Below, piece after piece: positions 26,230-38,801 of a stretch of 63,744 nucleotides of DNA (its first letter is position 1; every line of letters starts with the position of its first letter). Under the pieces are notes generated by a model. The model searched no databases, had not been told where the DNA came from, and saw only the letters and a list, made by a program, of their open reading frames with translations. The position numbers and the translations under genes are program-made. Origin of the DNA: Octopus bimaculoides. Taxonomy: Eukaryota. Location: assembly GCF_001194135.2 (NCBI RefSeq), contig NC_069002.1, forward strand, positions 26,357,261 to 26,421,004, given 5' to 3'.

Positions 26230-26400
26230 ATGCAAGGTGTCCCTCTTCAGAGCACTGATGTTGTCCGAGGGGAATGGCAAGGCCAATCCAACTTTACACC
26301 AGTGTCTGACAGCAGGTATTGCTGTCAGAATGTAAAGAACCAGAATAGATATCATAAGGTATCTTGCTAGTCCCTCTAACAAACTTCCACCAATCCACTT
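26230..26400 (+). repeat. Old unnamed dispersed repeat, copy 1 (copy 2 at about 31450-31612)
   Basis: Shared collinear blocks 'gcactgatgtt', 'caccagtgt', 'atatcataag', 'accaatccact'. Confidence 0.65.
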
Positions 26401-26413
26401 CTCAAGATTGTTG

Positions 26414-26457
<44 letters not shown>

Positions 26458-26528
26458 TTTTTGGATTTGGTTTGCAAGATTCTTTATGTGAATTTGTGTG
26501 CTGAAGAATATTTTATTGCGTCATTTTG

Positions 26529-26687
26529 TTTTAGTGCCTTATTATTTAACACACGCAACGGTTCAATTTACACTCATTTACTTATTTATTTTCTTTAGAA
26601 AAAATTGATTATTTTTTCTAGAGAAAATAAATAAGTAAATGAGTGGAAATCAAACCAGTGAGTGCGTTAGATAATAAGGCACTAAAA
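26529..26687. repeat. Fold-back inverted repeat, ~77-nt arms, 5-nt loop
   Basis: ttttagtgccttattat...cactcatttacttatttattttctttagaaaaaat [tgatt] attttttctagagaaaataaataagtaaatgagtg...ataataaggcactaaaa. Confidence 0.92.
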
Positions 26688-27852
26688 GAGAAACACTCTC
26701 TCCAGGCACAATAATATATGTATATATGCATGTGTGTGTGTGTATATATATATGTATATTTATGCATGTGTGTGTGTATATATATGTATATTTATGCATG
26801 AGTGTGTATGCATGTGTGTGTGTATGTATATCTTTTATTTTTTACTTGTTTGTCATTGGCCTGTGGCCATACTGGAGTACTATCTTGACAGGTTTTGGTT
26901 GAATAAATTGATTCCAGTACTTGTTTTTGAGTCGTCGGTGTAAACCACGATGTTCTGGTGATTTTATGAGCTAGCTTTCTTTATTTGCATTGATTTGTGA
27001 ATATACTGTTGTTTAACATTTCAATGTGGAATTGATCATGTTCGCATTAACATGTAGCATACATATTAATGTAAACATGTAATCGATTTCACATTGAAAT
27101 TATTACTGCATGAAGAAAACTGCAAAACAGCTGTAACCCTAAGGATGTGAAGTGTTTAAATAAATATAGTCATCTCTCATACCTTCTGACATTTTATAAT
27201 TTATATATATTGATTAGTTATTTCTTACTTAGGTGTGCTCCACCATAGCAACAGCACCACTAGTGAGACCATTAAAAGAATAAAAGAATATAAAAAGAAT
27301 CTTTTAGAATGAAATTAAGCTTTTGTGTTTAATAAATCTTTCCAAAAAGCCTTATCAAAACTTAAAGCTTTTAAACAACCTTCATTAAAGGCCATTCACT
27401 TGTCACAACACACCATTCCTATGTTCTAGAAATCCGAGACAGTTTCACCTTTTCAAGAAATCTTATATTTAATCATTCCATTTTCCTGTTCACCATTTTA
27501 TAATGTTTTATTTTTATTTGTTTTTCCTTTCATTATTCTTCGTGTTTTTCCTTTCATTATTCTTCATGTTTTTATATAAAATGTTTCACACAGAGCTACA
27601 ACAGACTAACTGTTGGAAGGCAATGATCCATTAACTAACACGATGGTATCTTCATTGTATGATATTTATGGCCAAGAAGACATCTACCTTTCAATGACTA
27701 AATCCACCTAGCTCGAATTTGTTGCTGTTTAACCCCATCACCACAAACCAATCCTGATTAATGGCATTCCTGCCAGAACTATTTTCTGTTCTAGGTGTAT
27801 CTAGGACTACGTTATTTTTTTGTGTCGTTTCTCTAAATTGAAGACTGTAGAT

Positions 27853-28100
27853 CAGGGGTTCTCACCCAGGGTTCATATGACCTTTAGGGTTCCATATAAG
27901 ATTTTGTTGTGAAAGTTTATCTGCAATAAATTACTTATCGTTCTACAATGCACAAACTATTTTAACAACTTTTTTTTAATGCAATTCCTAATAATATTCA
28001 ATCATGGAATTATAATAGGATTTTTTAAATATGGAATGGTTATAAGGGTCCACCTGAATAAAATACAGACCAAAAGTTAAAAAATGGTTAAGAAACACTG
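27853..28100. mobile_element. hAT (Charlie-like) MITE
   Basis: TIRs caggggttctc / aagaaacactg; 8-bp TSD ctgtagat (27845-27852) / ctgtagac (28101-28108). Confidence 0.88.
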
Positions 28101-28236
28101 CTGTAGACCATGGACCATTTTTTGCTGGGAATCTGTGTATATTGAAATCTGATTGATGTGAATTAGAGTTGAAGGATCTCATTATGACAAGGCTTTGTTT
28201 CCTCAAGAGGTGGCTACACTGTCAATCATCACTTAC

Positions 28237-28299
28237 TGCCCTACAATGTTGGGAAGTCAGGAAGTCGCAAAATAACAGAAGGGATAAAAGAACCAGCAT
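28237..28299 (-). CDS. Candidate first coding exon encoding a signal peptide (MLVLLSLLLFCDFLTSQHCRA)
   Basis: Start context GCCGAAATG with an in-frame stop upstream. 10-residue hydrophobic core, C-x-A at -3/-1, canonical donor GCA|GTAAGT in phase 0. Upstream lies a GC-richer, triplet-rich UTR-like stretch to about 28580. Confidence 0.45.
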
Positions 28300-28974
28300 T
28301 TCGGCCTGCTCACACGAAAGGTGTGGCACTCCTGTTCTTCTCACGTCTTCACCTTCTTTTTGTTTGTGTTCTCCTCCTCCTGCACTGACACCACCACCAC
28401 TACTGCTACTACTACTTTGTCAGATCCTTTCAGAGTGCAGCATGGCAAAGCCAGCCCCTGTGGCACTGCCAGTTTCTCACTGTGGCTGTCCTTGTTGCTC
28501 AGCGTTTTCTCTCTCAACTCCCAAACTCCAAAGTAGACAAAGCAAGCAGCTATTGCAAACAGCAGCAGGAGTACTGTGAATTTGGTGTGCGTTTAATTCA
28601 ATTTTGTAAAATTTAGGTTCAATTCCTGCTATGAATTAATTTATCTTTATGATGACACAGTCTCCTATTTCAAGGTAGATTTATCTTTCGTCAGCCTCAA
28701 ACTATGGAGTCTATGAGTTAAGCAACTGACCTTTGGCTTTTTGTGATTAAGAAAGGATTAACTTGTTATTTTTGTAGAAAGAGGTACTGGGGTAGGGGTG
28801 TGGTTTAAGAAGCTAAGTTGGCACTCACATGGGTTTGTGTTCAATCCTGCTGCATGCCACCTAGGGGTGGGGTTTTCTACTATACCATCAGGCTAGTTGC
28901 TGTCTTGTGGATGGATACGGTAGATAGGAACTGAGTGGAAGTACATTGTATTATTTATATACATATATAGATAG

Positions 28975-29026
<52 letters not shown>

Positions 29027-29579
29027 NNNNNNNNNNNNNNNNNNNNNNNNNNNNNNNNNNNNNNNNNNNNNNNNNNNNNNNNNNNNNNNNNNNNNNNNNN
29101 NNNNNNNNNNNNNNNNNNNNNNNNNNNNNNNNNNNNNNNNNNNNNNNNNNNNNNNNNNNNNNNNNNNNNNNNNNNNNNNNNNNNNNNNNNNNNNNNNNNN
29201 NNNNNNNNNNNNNNNNNNNNNNNNNNNNNNNNNNNNNNNNNNNNNNNNNNNNNNNNNNNNNNNNNNNNNNNNNNNNNNNNNNNNNNNNNNNNNNNNNNNN
29301 NNNNNNNNNNNNNNNNNNNNNNNNNNNNNNNNNNNNNNNNNNNNNNNNNNNNNNNNNNNNNNNNNNNNNNNNNNNNNNNNNNNNNNNNNNNNNNNNNNNN
29401 NNNNNNNNNNNNNNNNNNNNNNNNNNNNNNNNNNNNNNNNNNNNNNNNNNNNNNNNNNNNNNNNNNNNNNNNNNNNNNNNNNNNNNNNNNNNNNNNNNNN
29501 NNNNNNNNNTATATATATATAAATAATATATATATATATGCATATATACATATGTACATGTACATACTTACATCTATAC

Positions 29580-29614
<35 letters not shown>

Positions 29615-29808
29615 TATGTGGGCATAGGACGTCGTGTACAACAAAAAAATACGAAGTACAAGTACATGGAATATGAACTATTTTGTTTGAACAATGAAAG
29701 ACACAAATCGAAAACAAGACAAACAATATAAACAACGACCCTTCATCAGTTGTTGGCTGTTTCTCTACTCGTATTTCAAGCATTTAACAACAATATACAT
29801 TTTCAATA

Positions 29809-29876
<68 letters not shown>

Positions 29877-30564
29877 CACACACGCATACACACACACACA
29901 CAGATATATGGCAGGGGAAACAAACACCAAGAAACACACACATGCGTGAATATATTATCATCGTCATTTAATGGAAAACGGATGTTAAATGATAATGTAT
30001 ATTTATGTTTGTGTTTGTTTCCCCTCCCATTGCTTGACACCTGTGTTGGTTTATTTATGGCCCTATAACTTAGCAGTTCAGCAAAAGAGATCAAGAGAAT
30101 AAATACCAGACTTTAAAAACAAAAAAAAAAAAAGAATTCTTAATTCCTGGGGTCGATTTGTGTGATTAAGCTCATCAAAGTGATGCCCCATCATGGCTGC
30201 AGCCCAGTGACTGAAACAAGGAAACAAAAAGAAAAAAGAAAGAAAAAAAGAAAGAAAGCACATAAACGTTGTGACAAGTGATTGGCATATGTTTTGTCAA
30301 TGATGTAAAGGAACAGCAGACAGCATTAAACTGTGTAAGGAACCAAGATTAATTGTTGTTAACAAGATTGTAAGTTTTCAGTTGATTTAACCACATCTGA
30401 CCAAAACACACTTTGTCCATTCGCTATTCCACATCCACTGCTACTACAACAGTCTTTTCACTCTTCCTATTGCATCTTTACGGCAAGTGGCTTTCTTCTG
30501 TGGAGTTCAGCAGTTACAAACCACCTCAGCCTTTATATGGCTGTCATGTGGATGGCTTTATTAT

Positions 30565-30830
30565 CATTGTGGTTAGGGTATTTGGCTCACAATCATAAGG
30601 TTGTGAGTTCAATTCTCGGTGATGCATTATGTCCTTTATTTCACTTTGCTCCAGTCCACTCAGCTGGCAAAAGGGTCAGCATTGTTACATTCTGTGTCAT
30701 GCTGAATCTCCTCAAGAAGTACGTTATGCGTATATGTGTCTGTGGAGTGCTCAGCCACTTGTACATTAATTTCATGAACAGGCTGTTCCATTGATTGGAT
30801 CAACTATAATCTTCGTTGCTGTAAGTAACA
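30565..30830 (+). mobile_element. SINE family A variant
   Basis: Same head and body; tail 'tgctgaatctcc...gtggagtgctcagccacttg'. Also at 40239-40447 (+) and 60625-60860 (-). Confidence 0.8.
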
Positions 30831-31360
30831 GGAATGCCATTATAAGTACGGAATGCTGTTGCTGGCTGCGTGAATTATAACTGAACCAAACTCACAGACA
30901 TTTGGCTTTGATGTTTATTGCCCGGCATGACATTGTGTTGGCTAATTACTATAAAACAGGATTAATATTTGCTGACAGGGAGGAAAGAAAACTCCTCTGC
31001 AAATGTAGAAAGTCATTTGTGGTATATTGTGTGATGTGTCCAAGCACCGGGAGTTGTCTGTGCAAAAGTCTGAGGCAGTCCATGCCATTGGTGGTCTGTC
31101 GGCAGTCTGGCAAGTGGTCAGGCATGTGAATCAGTTGGCCACTTGCAACACTCTGCAATGAGTTAAATGCCAAACTGTTTTTATAGGGAACAAAAGGTTA
31201 AATTCTAGAACATTTGAGAAAGAAATATCATATTGGTTGCTTGATATATAAATCAATCACGTGAAATTGTGGTGACTCACTTCAGGTGCTTGACCATGTA
31301 TCTAGTATTTTGGGTTCAAATCCCCATTACAGGACTTTCATCAATTAAAGCTACTCATTC

Positions 31361-31396
<36 letters not shown>

Positions 31397-31866
31397 GCTT
31401 GGGCAAGATTTTTATTGGGTGATTAGCAGTTGCCTATGCATGCAAATCTTCCCTCCAAGGCACTGATGTTTATCTAAGCCAATGGCTTTCAGCTTGAGCT
31501 GAGCAGAGCCTGGCACCAGTGTTGCCACAGGCATTACTGTTAGAATACAAGGATCTGAAACAAATATCATAAGACATCTCAGTGAATCCTTTAACAGTTC
31601 TACCAATCCACTGGAGTGGTGGTAGAATGGCACTTCATTGGAGTGGGACTTCATTGCAATGGTACTTTGGTTTATTGATTGCCAAAAGGATAAAAGGCCA
31701 AGTTGACCTTGGCTGGATTTGAACCCAGAATGCAGAGAGTCAAAACAAATACCACAAGACATTTCACACAACACCCACAATAACGCTGCCAAGTTAGTAC
31801 CGTTTACCTAACACTATCAATTACAACTGTCTCTTTCTCTCCTGCCCTCTCACTCTTCCTCTGTTT

Positions 31867-31898
<32 letters not shown>

Positions 31899-32129
31899 CT
31901 CTTTCTCTCCCTCTCCCCTTTCTCTTTCTCTCTCTCTCTCTCATCCCCCACCCTCACATTTCTATTTTGTTTTTCTTTCTCACAGTCATCAACTTGCTAT
32001 TCATTCTGATCATCAATCTCATCATTCAGACCAATCTTGGAGGAACTGCATCAGCCATAAACTCTTCTTCCTGACTCTAACCATTCCTCACTCCACTTCC
32101 TGCCCGAGATCTTTAAAGATGCAGATGCC

Positions 32130-32452
32130 CAGCAGAACCTTTGTTGATGAATTTAATTCATTCTTGAAGGTCGTTTGTCACCTGAAATATTCATAAGCCA
32201 AAACTATTTCTCTCAGAGGAAATTCAAAACCTGGTATGACAAATTCAAGCAGGGATTTGCCCCGGGTGAAAGTTAGACACCAACTGAGGCTCTCCTGTTG
32301 ATGCTCCCAGCTTCTTGTTAACTGTTGTTGCCAGCTTGTTCGTTCATTACTTGAGGCACCGTTTGTCACGCGAGCACTTTTGTTTCTCTGAAAAATTGTT
32401 CATAAACTGATTTGTTCTTGATAAGAAGCATTCTTAAACTGGGATTTCACTG
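32130..32452. mobile_element. Tigger/pogo-like MITE remnant
   Basis: Right end 'gggatttcactg|ta'; left end 'cagcagaacctttgttgatgaatttaattc'. Imperfect TIR; TA is missing on the left. Confidence 0.5.
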
Positions 32453-32477
32453 TATAATGTTTGTTTTTATTCCTATT

Positions 32478-32875
32478 TATATCTAAAAGACAAATAGTGC
32501 TGGCGAAATATGCATTCTCAAAATTGTATAACATCTTAAGAAACTGTACACGGAGCATCAAAGCCAGGATCTGCGTATTGAAGTGCTATGTCTACTTTGT
32601 GTTAATGTATGGAAGTGAGACAAGGTCTATAAGATCAGAAAATGAGAAGGTGCTTGAAGAGCTGGAAAATGCGGTTCTTAAGGAGAATATTAAGGATAGC
32701 ATGAACAGATAAAGGGTTTAAGGAAGAAGGGATGACCCAGGTTGCAGTTCTTAGGATACTGCTTTGGGAGATAAGGGCCAAACAACTGAGATATCTTGGT
32801 CATGTGATGGGGAAAGAGGGTCTGGAGAATTTAGAGATGACCAGAAAGAGGGCCTGGAGAATTGTGGCAGGACCT
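32478..32875 (+). mobile_element. Decayed RTE LINE fragment
   Basis: RQIVLAKYAFSKLYNILRN...LKCYVYFVLMYGSET, then LRYLGHVMGKEGLENL: the RTE C-terminal region. Confidence 0.8.
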
Positions 32876-34064
32876 GATCACCAATGTCCTTCATTCTGAA
32901 TGTGTCACCGAAAAGAAGAAAAAAAATCTATTTATGTCACTATTTACATTTATAGCTGCTGCAGGTTGAGCCATGTGGTTAAAGAGTTTGTTTAGCAACC
33001 ATGTAGTTTCAGGGTTGATCCCAGTGTGGCACACCTTGGGCAAGTATCTTCTGTCATACCCTTGGGTTGTCTGACAGCTTGAGAGTGGAATTTGGGAGAT
33101 GGAAACTATGTAGAAGACTTAATCTGTGGCCTAGTTTAATATTCTTGCAACAGAACAGACTCTACTAAGGGCATCCAGGGACCACTATAACCTAGCTCTT
33201 GGGTGCCTTCAGCAGCATTTGTTTTGGGACTTTGGTTTGAGGATAACTTTCTCCTCCTCTCCCTCTCTCTAGTCTTGAAGCCCCTGGAAAAAAGTTGCAG
33301 GTATTCTCAGTTCCTTTTTTTGATTGAGCCCTTAAAAAAAAATAAAAGAAAAAAATGTGAAGCTTAAAATGAATTAAAGTTACCCAATCATTTGTGACCT
33401 TCAACTTTGAAATGGATTTAAAGCGATGACAAATATCTTAGACATGAAGTGTGGAACAGAAGCATGTTTTAGAATTCGTCTGTGAGAAACATGTAGATCT
33501 ATTTTTTGCTGTTGTTGTTGCTGTTGCTGTTAACTTTCTCTCCTCACTCACAAGTAATGCTAATTAACTGACTACATCAGCTGGTTTTGGAACTCTGGTT
33601 GTAGTCTAAGAGTTGTAATTAATTGAATGGTAGAAGGAAGAAAAATAAAAGAAAACAAAAAAAAACAAAAAAAATAGCCTGTTAATCAAAAGAATTGTTT
33701 AACTAAAATGAACCAACAGTGTATAATATTCTGATCTATCTAACTTGGTGTAAGTATATTAATGGAATATTACAGTGGCTGAGAGAAAACTTGTCTTAGA
33801 AGTCAGATGGCGGCAGTTATAATAGAGGAACTGATGATGAGGTATTCAAAGTTCTGACAAAGAAAATAGATTCCATTAATACCATATTAGACATTAATGG
33901 CATTAGAAATTTCCTTTTTTTTTTTATTTGTTTTTCTTTACCATGATTTCTAACTACACACATACTCTGCCCTGCCCCCACCCCAATTGCATTAGTAATA
34001 ATCCCCTTGACTGACCCCCCACCGCTCCACCCCCTTAACTCTTCTTATTTTACTACGCATTCAA

Positions 34065-34513
34065 AGAGGGCATGCTGGCAGAATTGTTAGCGCATTGGGC
34101 CAAATGCTTAATGCCTTTTCATCCATTTTTATGTTCTGAGCTCAAATCCTGCCAAAGACAACTTTGTCTTTCATTCTTGCCGAGTTGATAAAATAAGGAC
34201 CAGTTGAGCACAGCTGTGCCTATAGTAGAAAGGATTATCATTATATTATTATTATTATTATTGTTATTATTATTGAAGGTGGTGAGCTGGCAGAATCATT
34301 AGCACATCGGGTGAAATGCTTAGTGGTATTTCGTCTGCTGCTATGTTCTAAGTTCAAATTCCTCCACGGTCGACTTTACCTTTATCAATATACCTTTATC
34401 AATTTATCAATCCTTTCAGGGTTGATAAATTAAGTACCATTTGCGTACTGGGGTCGAAGTAATCGACTGGCCACTTCTCCAAAAATTTCAGGCCTTGTGC
34501 CTAGAGTAGAAAA

Positions 34514-34575
<62 letters not shown>

Positions 34576-35240
34576 TATTATTATTATTAAGGTGGTGAGC
34601 TGGCAGAATCATTAGCACATCGGGTGAAATGCTTAGTGGTATTTTGTCTGCTGCTACGTTCTAAGTTCAAATTCCTCCAAGGTCGACTTTACCTTTCATC
34701 CTTTCGGGGTAGATAAATAAAGTACCAGTTGTGTACTGGGGTCAATCTAATAGACTGCCCCCCCCCTCNNNNNNNNNNNNNNNNNNNNNNNNNNNNNNNN
34801 NNNNNNNNNNNNNNNNNNNNNNNNNNNNNNNNNNNNNNNNNNNNNNNNNNNNNNNNNNNNNNNNNNNNNNNNNNNNNNNNNNNNNNNNNNNNNNNNNNNN
34901 NNNNNNNNNNNNNNNNNNNNNNNNNNNNNNNNNNNNNNNNNNNNNNNNNNNNNNNNNNNNNNNNNNNNNNNNNNNNNNNNNNNNNNNNNNNNNNNNNNNN
35001 NNNNNNNNNNNNNNNNNNNNNNNNNNNNNNNNNNNNNNNNNNNNNNNNNNNNNNNNNNNNNNNNNNNNNNNNNNNNNNNNNNNCGTTATTATTGTCATTA
35101 TTAAGATTGCAAACTGGTGGAACTGGAAGCATGCTTGGCCAAATTCCTAGCACCATTTTGTCTGTCTTCATGTTCTGAGTTTGAATTGCACCATGGCCAA
35201 CTTTACCTTTCATTTTTTGGGGGTCAATAAAATAAGTATG
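34065..35240 (+). mobile_element. Head-to-tail cluster of four family B SINEs separated by (TTA)n and a gap
   Basis: Copies start at about 34070, 34276, 34589 and 35113. Confidence 0.88.
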
Positions 35241-36520
35241 TATGGTGGGCTTCAACATAGTTTCCATCTACCAAATTATTTCAGAAAATAACTGGTCAAC
35301 TTGGAGCTATAACAGTAGAAAATAATTGCTCAAGGTGCTGTGCAGTGGGACTGAACCTGGCACCATGTTGTTACAAAGAGAGTTTCTTAGCCATGCAGCC
35401 ATGCCTGCACATATTGTTGTCTGCTGTCAGACAGATTTGAACCAGTGCTGTTTAGCAGAAGAAATGATTGTGGAAATTACTTATCTATCATGAGGACAAT
35501 ATTGAATAATTGAAGAGATAAATGAATGCTTTTGTGGCCTTGAATGGTAAAAGTAGGTCTGACATGACAATCACGAATTTTAAAAACACATTGATCTTAG
35601 TAATCAGGATTGGAAGCAATAAAACAACATATAAGAATAACGAATTGCTAAGTTGACTTTTGATTAAGCAGTTCAAATGTTTTATTCATTTCAATCTGTT
35701 ATAACTTTCAATGGTTCTGACAAGCAGTCTTGACATTTTCGCATTTGGCACCCCACAGTCATATCTCATTCACAGATTGCAAGAAATAAATGATGATTAC
35801 AGAGTTTAGCTATTGCATTTCTGAAGAACTGCTTCCAGCTGCTTTCTGCTTCTTCATTTCATCCGGGTTTCTTGACAGTATTTGCATATATTAATTAGCG
35901 TTAATTAATTATGTCTGTGAATGGTTGGGTGGTAAAGGAGTTCAATTTGCAACTATGTGGTTTTGGGGTTCAATCCCGCTGCTCAGTATTTTGGGCAAGT
36001 GTCTACCATCATTACCCTGGGGCCCCACCACTGCCTTGAGAGAGAATTTGAGAAACTGAAAGAAGCCTTTCATATCTCTGTATATGTATGTATGTGTGTA
36101 TGTTTATGCATTTGAGTGTGTTTGTATTTCTTTGTCCAGATGTTGTCTGCAAATTGTAAGCAAACATGCATCATACAAAAAGTATACACACACACACACA
36201 CACACACATACACATAGCTTTTACTTGTTTCAGTCATTGGAATATGGCCATGCTGGGGCACCACCTTGAAGGGTTTTAGTTGAACAAATCAAACACAGTA
36301 CTTACTTCTGCAAATCTATTTAAATCGGCTCGTATATATGCGGTAAATTAGTTTTCTATCTGCAACTTGTTAACACATTTCCGACTAAAAATATATTACA
36401 AAATGATTTATTGAACATTGGAATTTGGCAAACATAAATAAGTAAATACTAATCTAGATTTGAAAATTTTATTTTTTTATTATTTTTTTATTTATTTATT
36501 TATTTATTTTTCTGTCTTAC

Positions 36521-36572
36521 CATTTCTTATCAAACAAATTCAATTAGAAACAAAATTTATTACCATGTGACA
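36521..36572 (-). other. Candidate 52-nt exon ending ATG|GTAAGA
   Basis: Acceptor ATATTTCAG|; in-frame TAA two codons before the terminal ATG; canonical donor. Confidence 0.3.
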
Positions 36573-37027
36573 CTGAAATATTTCAAATTTCATAATTAGT
36601 TTTGCGTTATTTAAGAAATTTGTGAAATTGAATATGAAGTTTTAGAATAAAAATATCAAAATTAATTCTGTGATTGCGTATATATAATTTGTGTGTGTGT
36701 GCGTGAGGATGTATATGTGTATAGACAAAGTTATCAGAGTTTGGCATAAAACTCTGGAATCGTTCATTTCAAGATTTCATTCCCATCTGATACATATTCA
36801 ATTATTTATCGCTATATGATATATATATATATATATATATATCAATCAATGTACATATATACGTATATATTATGTGCTGACTTACTTTGGATATTTCAAT
36901 TTATTTAGTTATATTTCAAACTATCTGTTCTTCACACAGAGATGCAACTAGTTTTGATAATACATATATGATATACACCTCACAAACACTGGGTATAACT
37001 AAAATAAATATGAATTGAAATGTACTC

Positions 37028-37065
<38 letters not shown>

Positions 37066-37384
37066 AAGGTAAACACATTATCATGGTATCCCTCTCTATT
37101 ACTGAAAATGGTTCGGCACTTCTCTCCCTCTCTTTTGCTGGGGCAATTTTCCAGCCAGACTGAAGAAGNNNNNNNNNNTGCTGGGGCAATTTTCCAGCCA
37201 GACTGAAGAAGACATAGTGTTGGAATGGTGAGGTAAACAGACTACATGAAAGCAAAGCTTGAAAAGACTGAGGGGGGGGGGGGGGAATGGACAGAAAAGA
37301 ATTATACCAGGTGCACCAAAGTTATGGAGAGAGAGTTATAGATTTATTAGCAAGATAGCAGTTTGGTTTTGTGTCATGAAGAAT

Positions 37385-37565
37385 TACTATTGTTACCATC
37401 TTCTAGTGAGACAACTGCAGGAGAGGTACTTAGCTAAGAGTCAGCTGCTTTCATTAGCATTCACTGACCTGGCAAAAGCCCTCAACAGAGTCTCTCACTC
37501 AGTGAACTGGTGGTTGCTGCAGAAGCCGAGAGCAGATGATTGGCTTGTAAGAGCCATCTATTCAT
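37385..37565 (+). mobile_element. RTE RT fragment, same family as 44225-46095
   Basis: LLVRQLQERYLAKSQLLSLAFTDLAKALNRV...DDWLVRAI matches FLVRQLQEKYLAKDKHLYLAFANLKKAFDRV. Confidence 0.85.
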
Positions 37566-37764
37566 ATGAAATGAAGGGGAGCTATGAATCTCTTCCACAA
37601 CACTAAATCTGTTCCTGCTCCTCTCCATACATTAATTGCTCAAAATCTCTCATAAGTAACCAGCCTGTCCCCAATGGTCCTCCTCAGTCAAAGATGCTGC
37701 TTTAGTCTTGTGAGTTACAAGGCCACCCTTCTAGTGTTGGTGCTGCAAAAAATGTGACTTGTGG

Positions 37765-38424
37765 AATTATATAAAGCCAAAATTGACTTCAATGCATTGC
37801 AGCTCAGTGATGGCTTAACTGGCCAAAACTTCAAAGTCACAGTCGATAATATTCTTGTTTTTAAGAACAAAAAAAATTGTACTCTACAAAAGTATGGAGT
37901 AACCCAAAAGATTAATATAAAATTGTTTTTATTATAATTGAACATAAAACAAACGTTAATATAATAACTCTGTTCTGATGTGAGTGCTTTTATAGACCCT
38001 GAAGCAGTTCTCTCCCCTGAAAGGATATCTTCACCGTCTCTTCTATCCCTCAGTAAATTCCCTGTCTTGTTCTGGAACCAACTGGATGTCGCAGCAGCAA
38101 CAATCCCCAGTCCCAAATTCCTCCTGAATGAGGAAAAATTGCAGCAACACCAAATATCTACACCGCTACATAACAATCCACCCTTAAACCGAATTACCCC
38201 TCCCCTCAAACCCACATACCCAAGGAAGATTTTAACTCAACAGAGATTATACAAAACCAAGATTAACTTCAATGCATCACAGTCCGATGATGGCTTAACT
38301 GGGTGAAACTTTGAAGTCACTGTCAATAATTTTCTTGGTTAAGAATAATAAATTTGTACTCTACAAATCAGATTACTTTAAAATTCATTTTATTATAACT
38401 AAACATAAAAACAAACATTAATAT
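37765..38424. repeat. Diverged ~190-bp direct repeats flanking a ~280-bp unique core
   Basis: 37765-37963 versus 38245-38424 share 'acttcaatgcat', 'gatggcttaactgg', 'ttgtactctacaaa' and 'aacataaaacaaac'. Confidence 0.8.
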
Positions 38425-38462
38425 ATATATACATGGATAAATAAATATATATATGGTAATAA

Positions 38463-38578
38463 TAATAATGATAATAATAATCCATGGATGGAATTTATAA
38501 ATATCTTAATGCATCGCTAAGCACGTAGCAATACATTAATATATTTATAAATTCCATCCAAGGATTATTGTTATTATT
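38463..38578. repeat. Fold-back inverted repeat
   Basis: 38485-38504 tggatggaatttataaatat is the exact reverse complement of 38541-38560; pairing extends outward into (AAT)n/(ATT)n and inward through ttaatg/cattaa. Confidence 0.92.
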
Positions 38579-38748
38579 GCTATATTTAGCCTACATTATA
38601 TTGGCACAGCTCGGTGCGACCCTAAAAAACTGCCATTACCAGTTTGTATCATTAGGCTGTAGGCGGCATAATAAGAGAGAAGCTTTTACATGCATATTCA
38701 AAAGGGTCTCCCGTAAACGAACTTAAAGGATGTATATAATTACATATG

Positions 38749-38801
<53 letters not shown>

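Noticed and set aside
29725-29760. Minus-strand CTGATGAAGGG resembling a second hammerhead core
   Set aside because: No stem II closure or GAAA follows at a suitable distance.
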